Origin: Candidatus Falkowbacteria bacterium
GTDB taxonomy: Bacteria > Patescibacteriota > Patescibacteriia > Patescibacteriales > UBA12075
Length of the DNA: 54,565 bases
Direction: 5' to 3'
NCBI GenBank assembly: GCA_043801965.1
Contig: JAZDLN010000017.1
Location: 1 to 54,565 of the forward strand
Part shown: positions 35,602-46,535 of the stretch, one piece after another
Numbering within the stretch: position 1 is the first letter of the stretch
Layout: every line of letters begins with the position of its first letter
Program-made: the position numbers and the translations under genes
Notes under the pieces: model-generated
The model's input: the letters and a program-made list of their open reading frames with translations, nothing else
Database searches by the model: none
What the model was told of the DNA's origin: nothing

Positions 35602-37221
35602 ATGAAAAAAACGCCATCGGTGTTTTTATTTTTTTTAACGGTCGCGTTCCTGCTGATAGGATGCTCAGGCGGGAGCGGAGCGGGAGGCGGGAGCGGAGCG
35701 GATGACCCCGGGAATCATGATAGCGGAGGACAACCTTTATCCCCGGCTTCGACAGCCGAGATCTGGGCTTCAAGCGAAACCATTGATGAGGGGGAAAGCG
35801 TATTGATCAGCTGGGAAACCACGAATGGAACCGCGGCACTCTCTCCGCCAATAGTTTATGGGGCGCCAGCCGCGGGCAGTATCGATGTCATCCCCGCGTC
35901 TACGGCTACTTATACGGTAACATGCCGCGCTCCGGACGGCCGGACGGCATCGGATAGCGTAACCGTCAACGTCGTCCCCGCTCCGGTATCGTCCTGCGCG
36001 GCGCCGGAAATATCTTATTTCGAGCTCCTGCCCGAAAGGGTGTTGACGCCCGGAAGCGGCCTCGTCACTCTAGCGTTCAGGACGGCGGAAAACGCGGACA
36101 GGATCGAGATCGACCTTAAAAACGGGGAAATCATCGCCCTGGTAAAAGTATGCGAAACGAATTGGAGCGTTTCCGTGGACACGGAAAAACTGCTCTTAAA
36201 TTACGTACCGGAAGAGCCGCAAGTGATCGTCGGCTATCTTGACGCCTATGCGGGGCCGGACCGTATCAGCCGGCGCAATCTTATCCTTCCGGTACGGACC
36301 GCCGCCATGCCGGATACGGACTTAAGGATATTGGATTATAACCGGCAAAGAAGCGGCCGCGTGCTCAATATCCGCTATGACGGGGAAATATTCCTCGGCG
36401 GACAAAGTAGCACATACGACTCGGTCTGGAGGGCGGTAGAAAATACCGTTAAAAGCGAACTGGGCGAACGGGATATTTACGTGTTAATCGGCCAGGTCGA
36501 AGCGTTCGCGAATCGGACCGGAGGAGGAGAGGTCATTTCTTTTCCCAATCTTTTTTTCTTCGATCTCGCGAGCCGGGGAACGATACATGAGATCGGACAT
36601 TGCCTGGGGCTGGCCTATTCCGGCCACCCTCTACTGCGCGATCCGGCCGGCAGCGGCCATTGGGCTCCGGGAAACGCGGCCCTGGGTATTATGGGCTGGT
36701 CACTTGCCGGGGGCGCGGGGGCGACGTTCCCTTATCGCCTGGAAGCCGGAGATGATCCCGACGCGACCGGACTATGGGCGGCGCCGATCGCCATGGAGTT
36801 TAACGATCTTGAGCTCTATAAAATGGGCGCGCTTCCGAAGGAGCAGGTCGCGCCGATAACGCAATTTACCGATCCGGCCGTGGCCGCCCTCTGGCTCAAT
36901 AATCCACGTCCGCTGGCGTCCTGCGGCGAAGGCTGCCAGCGGCTCGACGTTCCGTCCCGACCGGTTTCGATAGATGAGATAATCGCGGCGGACGGCGAAA
37001 CGCCTCCGGCGGCCAAAACCGAAATTACGCTGGGAACGGTCGTTCTGACCAGAGGAAGGCTTCTTAGTCCTGATGAAATAGCCTTTATCGAGTATATGGC
37101 CGAACGCGGCGAAAGCGGCGAACCGTCGATCGACGTCCATGAGGGATTGTGGAGCTACGCGGGAAAACCTTTCCGGGCGGCCGCCCGGGGGCTTATTGCC
37201 ATAACCGCTTCGATGGATTAA
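35602..37221 (+). CDS. Lipoprotein, putative zinc metallopeptidase with Ig-like domain
   Basis: Lipobox LIGC; TATYTVTC Ig-like strand; HEIGHCLGLAYSGH; GGAGG RBS. Confidence 0.75.
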   Translation: MKKTPSVFLFFLTVAFLLIGCSGGSGAGGGSGADDPGNHDSGGQPLSPASTAEIWASSETIDEGESVLISWETTNGTAALSPPIVYGAPAAGSIDVIPASTATYTVTCRAPDGRTASDSVTVNVVPAPVSSCAAPEISYFELLPERVLTPGSGLVTLAFRTAENADRIEIDLKNGEIIALVKVCETNWSVSVDTEKLLLNYVPEEPQVIVGYLDAYAGPDRISRRNLILPVRTAAMPDTDLRILDYNRQRSGRVLNIRYDGEIFLGGQSSTYDSVWRAVENTVKSELGERDIYVLIGQVEAFANRTGGGEVISFPNLFFFDLASRGTIHEIGHCLGLAYSGHPLLRDPAGSGHWAPGNAALGIMGWSLAGGAGATFPYRLEAGDDPDATGLWAAPIAMEFNDLELYKMGALPKEQVAPITQFTDPAVAALWLNNPRPLASCGEGCQRLDVPSRPVSIDEIIAADGETPPAAKTEITLGTVVLTRGRLLSPDEIAFIEYMAERGESGEPSIDVHEGLWSYAGKPFRAAARGLIAITASMD

Positions 37222-37335
37222 GGCGGGCCGTTCACAGGCAACTTAAATAGCACTTTTTAAAAAAACGACCGGACAAAATGTCCGGTTTTTTCTTTTCCGA
37301 TCGCCCCGAAAGATCATCCGGCTCTTTGGCGGTTT

Positions 37336-38328
37336 TTATATGTCTTGGCCGATCTTATAATCGAAAAAAAACGAATCGGGCAGGTCATCGACCTTTTTCT
37401 TCCAGTCAGCGCCGTAAAGCGCGGCGGCGGTTTCGGCTGAACGGATCCAGCGCAGCTCGCCGCCGCGGGCGACCGCGTAGACCCGAGGGTCGGTTTGCAC
37501 TTTAACCATCTTCGTTCCCGGCCGGTAAGTGGCGTTACCGCCCAAAGGGATAGCGGCCATCTGGTCGCCGCTTATTTCCGTCACGTCGCTAAAACCCTCG
37601 TACCAGGAAAAATAGATCCTCTCGTTCGGAAAAACGTAACGCCGTCCGTCGGCCCCGCAATAATAAACGGCGCTCTGGCCGGAGAGCTTTATGAGCGAGC
37701 CGGAAACGCAGACCGAAGCCCCGTTCGCGGACAGTCCTTTGTCGGCGTTTATATCAGGGGAAAGAAGACCCGCTTCCGTAATATCAAAATCTATGACCGG
37801 GTTCAGGGCGGCTTCAAGGCTCGGATAAGGATCGATCGGCATTTTATCCGGCCGACGGATCTCGAAATGAAGATGCGCCCCGGCCGCTTCGGCGTTGCCG
37901 CTGTCCCCCATCCAGCCGATCAGATCGCCCCGGGAAACACGCGCCCCCTCCTTTATGCCGGGGGCGTAAGCATGTCCGGTCCCGCCCCGGCCGTCATCCG
38001 TGCCCGGAGTATCGTTATTGACGTGAAGATAGTGGTACGTGAAACCGTCCGCGTCCTTAAGAGTAATGGCGTAGCCCCAGGAAGATTCCGGATCGACCAG
38101 ATCCGTGACCCGCCCGTCTACGGCGGCGTAAAGCGGCATCATGCGCTCGCCCATGATATCCTCGCCTTCGTGCGCGTGGCCAGAACGGGGATCGCCGAAA
38201 CTCTCCGTCAGGACTGCCCGGCGTTCGGTGGGAAAAAAGATCGGCCGGATTTCAGCCGCCTGAGCGGCTATTATTAAAATAAAATTAAATAATGATAATA
38301 AAAAAATAAAAGCTCCGGTCTTTTTCAT
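37336..38328 (-). CDS. M23 peptidase with CPR C-terminal repeat domain
   Basis: HEGED, YLHVN, HLHFEIR; GSLIK...VYYCGADGRRYVFPNE. Confidence 0.9.
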   Translation of the reverse strand: MKKTGAFIFLLSLFNFILIIAAQAAEIRPIFFPTERRAVLTESFGDPRSGHAHEGEDIMGERMMPLYAAVDGRVTDLVDPESSWGYAITLKDADGFTYHYLHVNNDTPGTDDGRGGTGHAYAPGIKEGARVSRGDLIGWMGDSGNAEAAGAHLHFEIRRPDKMPIDPYPSLEAALNPVIDFDITEAGLLSPDINADKGLSANGASVCVSGSLIKLSGQSAVYYCGADGRRYVFPNERIYFSWYEGFSDVTEISGDQMAAIPLGGNATYRPGTKMVKVQTDPRVYAVARGGELRWIRSAETAAALYGADWKKKVDDLPDSFFFDYKIGQDI

Positions 38329-38516
38329 GGAATTAAAATTTAACTTTTAACTCCATTCAGTATAGCAAAAAAGAGCCTCCGGGTCCAGAGCGCTACTTCC
38401 GGAGCTTCACGAAAACGAAACCGGGATATTCTTCTGTCCTTAAACTATTTTTAGAATTCACGGCCTTTATGATCGAATTTCCGACCGGACAGCGAATGAC
38501 GGCAATATTAAAGGCC

Positions 38517-38558
38517 TTGACAAAAATTTTAATTTGATATATACTTGAAATATCAAAT
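38517..38558 (+). promoter_or_regulatory. marR promoter and operator
   Basis: TTGACA-17bp-TATACT; ATTTGATAT-N9-ATATCAAAT inverted repeat at 38532-38558. Confidence 0.75.
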
Positions 38559-38581
38559 ATTTATCAAATAAATATGCGCTT

Positions 38582-39007
38582 ATGAAAAAAATCAACCCGA
38601 AGATCAAATTCTGCCTTGATGTCGCGAAATTCCAGACCGAACTCTCGCGCCGCCTGGACAGCCGCCTGGGCGGCTTAGGCTGGAACGAATTCATAATCCT
38701 GCACCGCTTAAGCCGTGAGGACGGGCAAAGGATGCGCCGGATCGATCTGGCGGAAGCCGTGGGCCTGACCGCCTCCGGGATCACCCGCCTGCTTTTACCG
38801 ATGGAGAAGATCGGTTTGGTTAAAAAAGAAGCTAACGCGCGGGACGCCCGCGTGAGCCTCGTGGCTTTGGCGCCGGGCGGCCGGACGAAGCTAAGTGAAG
38901 CCCTGGAGAGAATGGAAGTATTCTGCGACGATCTCATTCCGTCCGGTAAAACGAAAAAGGCGGAAGAATTATCGGACCTCTTGACCGATCTTAACAAAAA
39001 TATCTAA
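38582..39007 (+). CDS. MarR family transcriptional regulator
   Basis: RRIDLAEAVGLTASGITRLL.PMEKIGLV...DARV. Confidence 0.9.
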   Translation: MKKINPKIKFCLDVAKFQTELSRRLDSRLGGLGWNEFIILHRLSREDGQRMRRIDLAEAVGLTASGITRLLLPMEKIGLVKKEANARDARVSLVALAPGGRTKLSEALERMEVFCDDLIPSGKTKKAEELSDLLTDLNKNI

Positions 39008-39018
39008 TTTAAAACCAT

Positions 39019-39594
39019 ATGAAAAAAATCATTCTTGCCTCAACTTCGCCGCGCCGTAAAAAACTGCTCGAACAGATCGGCCTGCGCTTTAAAGCCGTCG
39101 CTTCGGGCTACGAGGAAAATATGGACTTAAAGATGAAGCCAGCCGATTTAGCCAGATTTCTTTCTTCGGGCAAAGCCCGGGCGGTAGCGAAAAAATACCG
39201 GAACGCGATCATAATCGCGGCCGATACCTTCATTGCCCTAAAAAACGAGATTTTAGGAAAGCCCGGGACCGGAAAACAGGCCCGAATAACCTTAAAAAAG
39301 ATCAGCGGCCGGACGCTCGAGGTAATCACCGGCCTGACGGTTATCGACGCCGCCGCTAATAAAGAGATTTCCCGGGCCGTGATCACTAAGGTGTCCGTGA
39401 AAAAACTCGGAAATGACGAAATCGACGCCTACGTAAGAACCGGCGAGCCCCTGGACAAGGCCGGCGCTTTCGGCATCCAGGAAAAGGGCGCCGTTTTCAT
39501 AAAAAAGATCGACGGCGATTACAGCAACGTGGTCGGCCTGCCTTTGGGCGAGCTTTTCTCGATATTAAAAAAACTCGACCACAAAATATATTGA
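39019..39594 (+). CDS. maf: Maf/YhdE nucleotide pyrophosphatase
   Basis: IILASTSPRR, AADT, ILGKP, DKAGAFGIQ, NVVGLP. Confidence 0.93.
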   Translation: MKKIILASTSPRRKKLLEQIGLRFKAVASGYEENMDLKMKPADLARFLSSGKARAVAKKYRNAIIIAADTFIALKNEILGKPGTGKQARITLKKISGRTLEVITGLTVIDAAANKEISRAVITKVSVKKLGNDEIDAYVRTGEPLDKAGAFGIQEKGAVFIKKIDGDYSNVVGLPLGELFSILKKLDHKIY

Positions 39595-39706
39595 TCCTGT
39601 ACGCGCGAAATTACCTCTGGCGGCCGCTTCCGACTTTTTATTTTCGCGTATCGGTATCCATACTATTATATTCCGAAACAAGAAAAGCCCATTTGGACTT
39701 TTCGCG

Positions 39707-39835
39707 GTCATGAACCCTTGTGGTTCAAGAAATCCAATACGCGCCGCAACGCCGAATTTGCGCTATCATAAAATACAAAAAATTTAAATTTCTTTACGAT
39801 AAAAAACGCGTAAATATACGCGTTTTTATAAAAAA
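39707..39835 (-). repeat. Structured intergenic element, copy B (includes terminator 39799-39829)
   Basis: Same motif order and spacing as 24158-24290. Confidence 0.7.
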
Positions 39836-39875
39836 TGAAAATACTTAGAATCCGGCGGAAAATTCGTTTTGATGG

Positions 39876-41228
39876 TCAAACCGAATATTCGTGTCTTCCG
39901 CCCGCTTCCCCCGCGCTCACGAATTTTCCGTCCTTATAGTGAATGCCGTCGGCTATGGTCAGATCGATCTCGACGTCGTCGGAAAGTCCGTAGTCGTTCA
40001 AAAACGACTTCAATCTTTCCTGTTCGGTCTCGGATAGTCCCCTTTTTCTCTTGCGCCAGATCTGGAGAATCTCTTTCCTTTCTTTCTGGGGAACGGTATT
40101 GCCGACCGTCAGGATGATTCCGCCCCTTAGACGTCGGGTATGCGGACGGTGGGGCGCGCCCGGACCGGCTTCATCGATCTCCGGCGGACGCCAGGCATGT
40201 TCGAAGGTGATTAAAGCCTGGCCCTCGGCGAGCGCGCGTTCCGCCAATCTTTCCATCAACGACAAATTGTCCGCCGCCGCCGAACCCATGAGATTATAAT
40301 TATCCTTTCGGGCATAAACCCGCATTATTATGCTTCCGCCGCCTTCTTTTTCAAGAATCCTTCTCTCTTCTTCGCTCCAGCCGGATACGAGATCGTTAAT
40401 AGCTTCCCGCAGCTCTCCCGAAGATTCTATGGTTCTTCTTCTGTAAGGCAATATCGACGGCGTTTCTTCCTCGATCCTGGTCGGATCAGCCGCGTTTTCG
40501 GGATTTTCGGCCGGAGCGAGCCTTTTTCCGGAAAAGGCCCGAGGGTCATATTCGATCGGACGGCTCAGGTTCGCGACGGACAAAACCGCTTCCAACTCCA
40601 CCCGGGGAATCTCGAATAGCTTGGAGACGTTGGCCGGAGGGTGCTGGATCTGCAATCCTTCGGGGATGACCGCTGTCCTGACTTCGCTCATTTCCTCGTC
40701 GATATAGACAGAGGCCCGATGCTTTATGTTCGGCCGGTCGGACTCGGTTATATCCATGTCAACGCGCATCCTTGACCGCTTATCGTTATAATATTCGACT
40801 CCGGATATATCGCTCCGGAAAGAAAGGCCGGATATGGGATTGCTTTTGGGCGCGATAAAGCTCACGTCCGGTCCGAAATGCATATGGTCTTTAGCGAGCA
40901 TCTTTCTTAAGGATGAATTCGCCCCGCCGATAAACTCTCCCTGCATGTCGTTGTGGTAGCGGTCAAAATATTTTCCGTAACTTTTTCCGTCTTCCACCGT
41001 AAGCGCCAGCCTTTTCCGGTCGTAATAGGCGATAAGTTCGTACTTCTCTTCATTGCTCAAACCGGGGTCATTGATCGTTTTCCGTCTTTTCCCTTCGTAA
41101 TAAGCTATGGCTTTTTCGGGATTTTTAGGAACGTATTCGATGCCGGCCGCCTCCTTAAGTTCTTTCCTGGAAGCCGGTTCCCCCTCGCCCGAAAAGGAGG
41201 CATCGTTAAACGTGGAATTTTTTAGCAT
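39876..41228 (-). CDS. Hypothetical protein
   Basis: 450-aa charged ORF, no recognised motif. Confidence 0.7.
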   Translation of the reverse strand: MLKNSTFNDASFSGEGEPASRKELKEAAGIEYVPKNPEKAIAYYEGKRRKTINDPGLSNEEKYELIAYYDRKRLALTVEDGKSYGKYFDRYHNDMQGEFIGGANSSLRKMLAKDHMHFGPDVSFIAPKSNPISGLSFRSDISGVEYYNDKRSRMRVDMDITESDRPNIKHRASVYIDEEMSEVRTAVIPEGLQIQHPPANVSKLFEIPRVELEAVLSVANLSRPIEYDPRAFSGKRLAPAENPENAADPTRIEEETPSILPYRRRTIESSGELREAINDLVSGWSEEERRILEKEGGGSIIMRVYARKDNYNLMGSAAADNLSLMERLAERALAEGQALITFEHAWRPPEIDEAGPGAPHRPHTRRLRGGIILTVGNTVPQKERKEILQIWRKRKRGLSETEQERLKSFLNDYGLSDDVEIDLTIADGIHYKDGKFVSAGEAGGRHEYSV

Positions 41229-41394
41229 ATTGTCGATTTATTTGCTTATACCCTTTATTATATTAGATATCTCCGGTTTTATCAAGGCGGGTAAGCGTGG
41301 ATTTTGGCCGCTTTTACCGGGAATGAATTTACTTATTGCATTTTAAAGATCGTATTATATACTTAAAGAAGACTAATTATTCACTGACGAAAAT

Positions 41395-42273
41395 ATGAAA
41401 AACTTAAAGATCGGCTTTATCGGCCTTGGCACCATGGGAAAAGGCATGGCCGATAACCTTAAAAAAACCTATCCGCTCCGCGTATACAACCGCACCCGCT
41501 CCCGGGCCGAGGCGCTTTCGGGGGCGGAGACGGCAAACAGCCCCAAGGAGGCGGCCGAGCGCTCGGAGATCGTTTTTACCTGCGTTTCAGACGACCGCGC
41601 CCTGGAAGAGATCTTGTCCGGTCCGAACGGAGTTTTCAAGGCGGATCTGGCCGGCAAGACCATAATCGACTCCGGCACAACCTCCCTCGGTCTCACGGAA
41701 AAGATCGCGCGGGAAGCGAAGCGGCGGGGCTTCGATTTTTTGGACGCGCCGGTCACGGGAAGCAAATCAGGGGCCGAGGAAGGAAAACTTATGTTCATGG
41801 TCGGCGGAAAAAAAGAGGTTTTCGATCGGATCGTCCCGGTCCTTAAAACCATGGGCGAACGCTTCGTTTACTGCGGAAAGACGCCGAACGGCCAAAGCGC
41901 CAAGCACGCCCTGAACCTTACGCTCTCCCTCGTGCTCGAAAGCTATCTTGAGGGCCTCGCCGTCGGCCTCAAGGCCGGAGTGCCTCTGGGCGCGATGGAG
42001 GAGATCTTCGGAAATTCGGGCGCGAAAAACGGCATCGCGTCCTTCAAAATGCCTTACATAAAAAAACGCGACTTCGCGCCGCACTTCAGGCTCAGGCTGA
42101 TGGAAAAAGATCTGAAGCTGGCCGCCCTGGACCGCGCGCGGTTCGGCGTTTACGCTCCTCTAGCCGACGAAATAATAAAAATATTCGGCCAGGCCCTCTC
42201 CCGCGGCGACGAAGACGTTTCCACGATCGCCAAAACCCTGGAAAAGGCAAACGGCGTCTCGTTCTCGGAGTAA
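41395..42273 (+). CDS. NAD(P)-dependent beta-hydroxyacid dehydrogenase (MmsB/GarR family)
   Basis: IGFIGLGTMG, FLDAPVTGS, catalytic K in SAKHALN, F.L.LMEKDL. Confidence 0.9.
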   Translation: MKNLKIGFIGLGTMGKGMADNLKKTYPLRVYNRTRSRAEALSGAETANSPKEAAERSEIVFTCVSDDRALEEILSGPNGVFKADLAGKTIIDSGTTSLGLTEKIAREAKRRGFDFLDAPVTGSKSGAEEGKLMFMVGGKKEVFDRIVPVLKTMGERFVYCGKTPNGQSAKHALNLTLSLVLESYLEGLAVGLKAGVPLGAMEEIFGNSGAKNGIASFKMPYIKKRDFAPHFRLRLMEKDLKLAALDRARFGVYAPLADEIIKIFGQALSRGDEDVSTIAKTLEKANGVSFSE

Positions 42274-42340
42274 AACCGCCGTTGACACCAAATAAAGAGG
42301 CTTAAAGCCTCTTTATTTTATTTTTATATCCGATATAAAC

Positions 42341-43054
42341 TTAATTACCGCTTTGGCATTCTCCGCGGAAAAACGCCCATTCGTCGCATTCGCTTCCGTC
42401 CGTGAATTTGCATATCCCTGACTGTGCGCCGTCGACGTCCGTCCTTATTTCCGTCTCTCCGCCCTCGCTGGCGCAATAGGCCGAAGCGGGGTTGGGAATC
42501 TCCGCGCTATCCCGCGCGCCGGACTCGCGGTCCGCGCAATCCGGGGTCATATCGGAGGGAAAACCAAACCGCGCTATTTCGGCGCAGTCATACAGTCCGT
42601 TGCCGTCAAAAGCGATTTTCCAGGCGCCGTTTTCTTCATAAGCGAAAAAGATTCCTCCCGGGCCGAATCCTCCCTCCATGGCGAATTTGACGCCGCCCCG
42701 GGCGTGAACGCCGTCGAACTGGTTGATCGTTACCTGGATCTCACCCGCGCTTTCCCCGTATTTGGCGGCAAACGCCTGCCTGATGCTTTCGATATCGGCT
42801 TCCGACGCTTCGGCCGATTCCCGGACGCAGGGATCTTCCCATGTCCGCAAGCACTTTTCCTTGGCCTCGCACCAGGAATAGCCAGCCGCGACGAGGCAGC
42901 CGTGCTCGTCTTTTTGCCCGCCGATAAGGCCGCTTTCTTTATCCGCCGCCCCCGGTTCCGCCGGTCGTCCGTAATAGGCGTAAACCCCGGCGATAACCAA
43001 TCCCGAGACCGCCAATACGGCCAGAATGATCGTTAAAAAACTCTTTTTGCCCAT
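42341..43054 (-). CDS. Membrane-anchored DUF333-domain protein
   Basis: GGQKDEHGCLVAAGYSWCE; PNPASAYC...GG...C...DGSECDEWAFFRGEC; start at ATG 43054. Confidence 0.82.
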   Translation of the reverse strand: MGKKSFLTIILAVLAVSGLVIAGVYAYYGRPAEPGAADKESGLIGGQKDEHGCLVAAGYSWCEAKEKCLRTWEDPCVRESAEASEADIESIRQAFAAKYGESAGEIQVTINQFDGVHARGGVKFAMEGGFGPGGIFFAYEENGAWKIAFDGNGLYDCAEIARFGFPSDMTPDCADRESGARDSAEIPNPASAYCASEGGETEIRTDVDGAQSGICKFTDGSECDEWAFFRGECQSGN

Positions 43055-43192
43055 ATTTTTTAGAAAAAATAATAAGCGATTAATATTAAATATGTGAACC
43101 CGTCTTAATTTATATACGAATATAAAGTAAAAGAGTAACAACGCTTATATTTTTATCTTTCTTCCTCCCGGGAAATGGGCCCGGCAGCCCAA

Positions 43193-43837
43193 CTACTTCT
43201 TGCCCGTTTTTTTATTGGCGGCTTTCTTCGGGGTTATCGCTTTTTTGGCCTTCTTCGGGACCTCTTTCTTTTTGGACTTGATCTTTTTTCCGTTTTTATT
43301 CTCAGCTATTTTTTCGATCACATGGGTAACCGGTTTTTCCTTGATAACTATTTTCGCGGGAAAGTTAAAGGATAATATTTTTATTATATTATCAAGCTTA
43401 TTATTCAACGCTTCGAATTGTTTTTTGTATGGATCCGCTCCGCCCTGGCCTCCGCTGCCGCCGGCCTTTTCGCTTTTACCGAAACAATCGCTGCAGTAGA
43501 CCGGTTTGTCGCCCGTGGGCCGGAAAGGCACTTCGCAGTCCTTGTGGCACTTATCGCAAACGGCCCTGAACATCGGTTTGTTCCCGAAACCTGAGCGCCC
43601 GGAATCCTTTCTGTCAAAACGGCCTCCGCCCGAATTATCTTTTTTGCCGAAGCAATCGCTGCAGTAGACCGGTTTGTCGCCGGACGGCCTGAACGGCACC
43701 TCGCATTGCCGGCCGCATTCGGCGCAGATAGCGTCGTGCATTTGCGGCCTTTCCCTGTTATTCCCTCCCCTGAAGCCGTGATCGCCGTCAAATCGCTTTT
43801 TCCCGCCGAATTTATCTCCTTTATTGAACTTACCCAT
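43193..43837 (-). CDS. CxxC-x17-CxxC zinc-ribbon protein (two domains)
   Basis: 2x A.C..C...CEVPFRP.GDKPVYCSDCF. Confidence 0.9.
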   Translation of the reverse strand: MGKFNKGDKFGGKKRFDGDHGFRGGNNRERPQMHDAICAECGRQCEVPFRPSGDKPVYCSDCFGKKDNSGGGRFDRKDSGRSGFGNKPMFRAVCDKCHKDCEVPFRPTGDKPVYCSDCFGKSEKAGGSGGQGGADPYKKQFEALNNKLDNIIKILSFNFPAKIVIKEKPVTHVIEKIAENKNGKKIKSKKKEVPKKAKKAITPKKAANKKTGKK

Positions 43838-44015
43838 AATTTTTACATTATTTATTACTTAAATCTTTATTTATTATAAGCCTTATTCGTATTTACCGCA
43901 ACAAAAAAAAGCAAGGATAACTGCTCGCCGAATTCCATTAAAAGCGCTTTAATATAAAGCCACAAAAAAACCGGCCTTAAGCCGGTTTAGCGCTGGAAAT
44001 AAAATTTATTTACCG

Positions 44016-44855
44016 CTATTTTTTCGAACCTTCCACCAGGTTAATGGTTTTTTCAAAACTGGCCGGATAATTAAGGTATACCCCCACCCGGTATTTATCA
44101 CCCAATTTTTTCTTATCCACGAATTTCAGCGCTTTTTCCGGATAATATTCCGGCTTGCCGATCGCCCTAAAAACGGTTTGAGGCTCGTCGCCGTATCCGA
44201 TCTTATCCGCCAAAAATATATTGGAGTCTATCTCGTAAAGAAGCGCCAGAGTCTGGTAAATGGCGATTATTACCATGCCGATCAAGAGGGAAGATAAAAC
44301 CTCTCCATCCCTTACGGACAAAAGCAGGATCGATATGATGACCGAAAGAATCGATAAAATAAACCAGTGTTTTTTTGATACTATCCTTTGGGTCGCCAAT
44401 ACGCTTTCCATCCGGTAAGTCAATAATTCGCCCTTAGCGCTCTGTAAATTTTGAATGAGTACGTGGCCGGCGTTAGAAACGCAAACGTCGTCAATGACCT
44501 TAACCAGCGCCTCGAACTCCTTGTTCGTGTAAGCCGCGTACTCTAATAGTTCGTAGTCAAGCGCGGTTATCATATAACCATCAACCGCCTGAGCGGCCGC
44601 CTCCGCGGAGGTGGGGCGTATTATCTTTATCAGTCCGTAAATATAGATCAGGCAGGAATCTTCTTTGGAGATAGTCGCCTGCAGGCCCAGGTAATTCGAG
44701 GTGGCGGCGGCCATAAAAAAACCGATCAGGATCGTGAACAGAAGCGAAATCGACGTTAAAACCGTGGACACGTCAAAATTAAATTCATACGAAGGAAAGA
44801 TTACGGCCGCGGCGAGAATAAGGAGAAAAAATATCAGTTTTATGGTTTTTTTCAT
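44016..44855 (-). CDS. Membrane protein (DUF4239/bestrophin-like)
   Basis: 2+2 TM topology with a soluble helical insert. Confidence 0.55.
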   Translation of the reverse strand: MKKTIKLIFFLLILAAAVIFPSYEFNFDVSTVLTSISLLFTILIGFFMAAATSNYLGLQATISKEDSCLIYIYGLIKIIRPTSAEAAAQAVDGYMITALDYELLEYAAYTNKEFEALVKVIDDVCVSNAGHVLIQNLQSAKGELLTYRMESVLATQRIVSKKHWFILSILSVIISILLLSVRDGEVLSSLLIGMVIIAIYQTLALLYEIDSNIFLADKIGYGDEPQTVFRAIGKPEYYPEKALKFVDKKKLGDKYRVGVYLNYPASFEKTINLVEGSKK

Positions 44856-45114
44856 ATAAGTATTATAGCATTTTTATTTTATTCGGGGAAGAAAAAGGTT
44901 TTTTTATTTTGCTGAAAAAATTATTTTATAAAAAGTGATAAATATACAAGCCTATAGCGGAACATGATCTTTAAAGCCCCGGGCTCCCGCGCGATTTCCG
45001 TGAATACTAATGTGGCCATGATTTTTTATTACCGGAGAACTTCGGTTAAAATTTTCGTTTAAAAAATAAAAAAGGCTCCCGATCTGAGAGCCTTGGGTTC
45101 TTTAATTTTTTATG

Positions 45115-45630
45115 TCATATTTTCTTGCCGAAATATTTTTGGACGGCATCCCGGACCGTTCCGGACGCTCCGGTAATCGCCTTGATGCCGGCGACATTGA
45201 ACGCGTTGGCCGCTTTAGGGCCGACTTTGCCGGTCACCACGGTATCAACGCCCTCTCTGGCCACGAATTGGACCGCGCCGATACCGACGCCGCTTCCGCC
45301 GCTCCGGCCGTTGTTGGCTTCCGCCCGGAAAGTTCCGGCGTCAAGATCAATGATCGCGAAATACTGGCACCGGCCGAACATGGGGTCAACCTGGCTGTCC
45401 GGATCGGGACCGGCCGCGGTCACGCACACGATCTTGCTTTGAGCTTTTGTTGCTTGATTCATATTTTTATTTCCTCCTCCCTGGTTTTGTCCGGAGCCGC
45501 CTTGCGGCCCCATGCCCATTCCCCGGCCGCCCTGTCCGCGGCCGCTTCCCTGGCCTTGTCCCCGCCCCATTCCTTTGCCCTGGCCCGAACCCTGTCCTTT
45601 TTTCATCTCGTCCTCCCTTATTTTCTCCAC
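45115..45630 (-). CDS. NifB/NifX (FeMo-co biosynthesis) family protein with Gly-rich N-terminus
   Basis: VDPMFGRCQYF, GVGIGAVQF...VVTGKVGPKA. Confidence 0.85.
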   Translation of the reverse strand: MEKIREDEMKKGQGSGQGKGMGRGQGQGSGRGQGGRGMGMGPQGGSGQNQGGGNKNMNQATKAQSKIVCVTAAGPDPDSQVDPMFGRCQYFAIIDLDAGTFRAEANNGRSGGSGVGIGAVQFVAREGVDTVVTGKVGPKAANAFNVAGIKAITGASGTVRDAVQKYFGKKI

Positions 45631-45653
45631 CGTGATTTTGGCGAAAAAATGAT

Positions 45654-46535
45654 TTAAAAAATTATTTTTATCAATTCATCCGCTATCAGCGAAAACAGCC
45701 TGTCTAATTTTTCGCTTTTTTCTATGACCGGGGTCATGTTCACGAGAGCTTCCACGAAAACGCGGTCATAGGGCAATTTGCCTAAAATTTTTATTTCTTC
45801 GCCGGCGGCAAATTCTTCGATCTGACGACAACCCTCCTCGTTGATGTCATATTTATTGATAATGATGCCGCGCGGAACCTCAAAATGTTTCACGACCGCC
45901 AGCGCCTTTTTCATGTCCGCCAGACTGGATGATGTCGGCTCAGCGACCAAAACGCAATAATCGCTGCCGGTCACCGAAGCGATCACCGGGCAGCTGATGC
46001 CGGCGGCTGAATCGCTGAGCATGATCTTTGCGTCTCCGGCCAATTCCGCGGCCCGCCGCTTTACCTCAGCCACTACCTTGCCCGATCCTGATTCCCCTAC
46101 CTCCAACTGCGCCAAAGCGATCTTGAATCCGTATCTGGTCTCAGCATAGCCGATGCGGGCGTTCACTATATCTTTAAGCGTGATCGCGCCCCGCAAACAA
46201 ACTAATTCGCAAACACCGCAACCTTCGCAGCCGTAATTAAATAAAACCGGCTTTTTCTTCTTCCAACAGATAGCCCCGAAATAACAATTCTTAAAACACT
46301 CCCGGCAGGAGTCGCATTTATCCCGATCGAATACCGGCCTTTGGTTGGTGGAAATTTCTTTCCACTCCTCATAATCCTTCTCCCTGACCCCGAACACCAA
46401 AGCCAAGTTGGACGCGTCGACATCGCAATCGGCCGCGATTATTTTTTTCCGCCTGGAGAAGGCGATAGCCAGGGAGGCGGTAAGGCTGCTTTTTCCCACC
46501 CCTCCTTTGCCTGATAATACGGTTATTGTTTTCAT
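45654..46535 (-). CDS. MinD-superfamily ATPase with inserted 2x[4Fe-4S] ferredoxin
   Basis: SGKGGVGKS, DCDVDASN, CDSCRECFKNC, CEGCGVCELVC, SGKVV. Confidence 0.9.
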   Translation of the reverse strand: MKTITVLSGKGGVGKSSLTASLAIAFSRRKKIIAADCDVDASNLALVFGVREKDYEEWKEISTNQRPVFDRDKCDSCRECFKNCYFGAICWKKKKPVLFNYGCEGCGVCELVCLRGAITLKDIVNARIGYAETRYGFKIALAQLEVGESGSGKVVAEVKRRAAELAGDAKIMLSDSAAGISCPVIASVTGSDYCVLVAEPTSSSLADMKKALAVVKHFEVPRGIIINKYDINEEGCRQIEEFAAGEEIKILGKLPYDRVFVEALVNMTPVIEKSEKLDRLFSLIADELIKIIF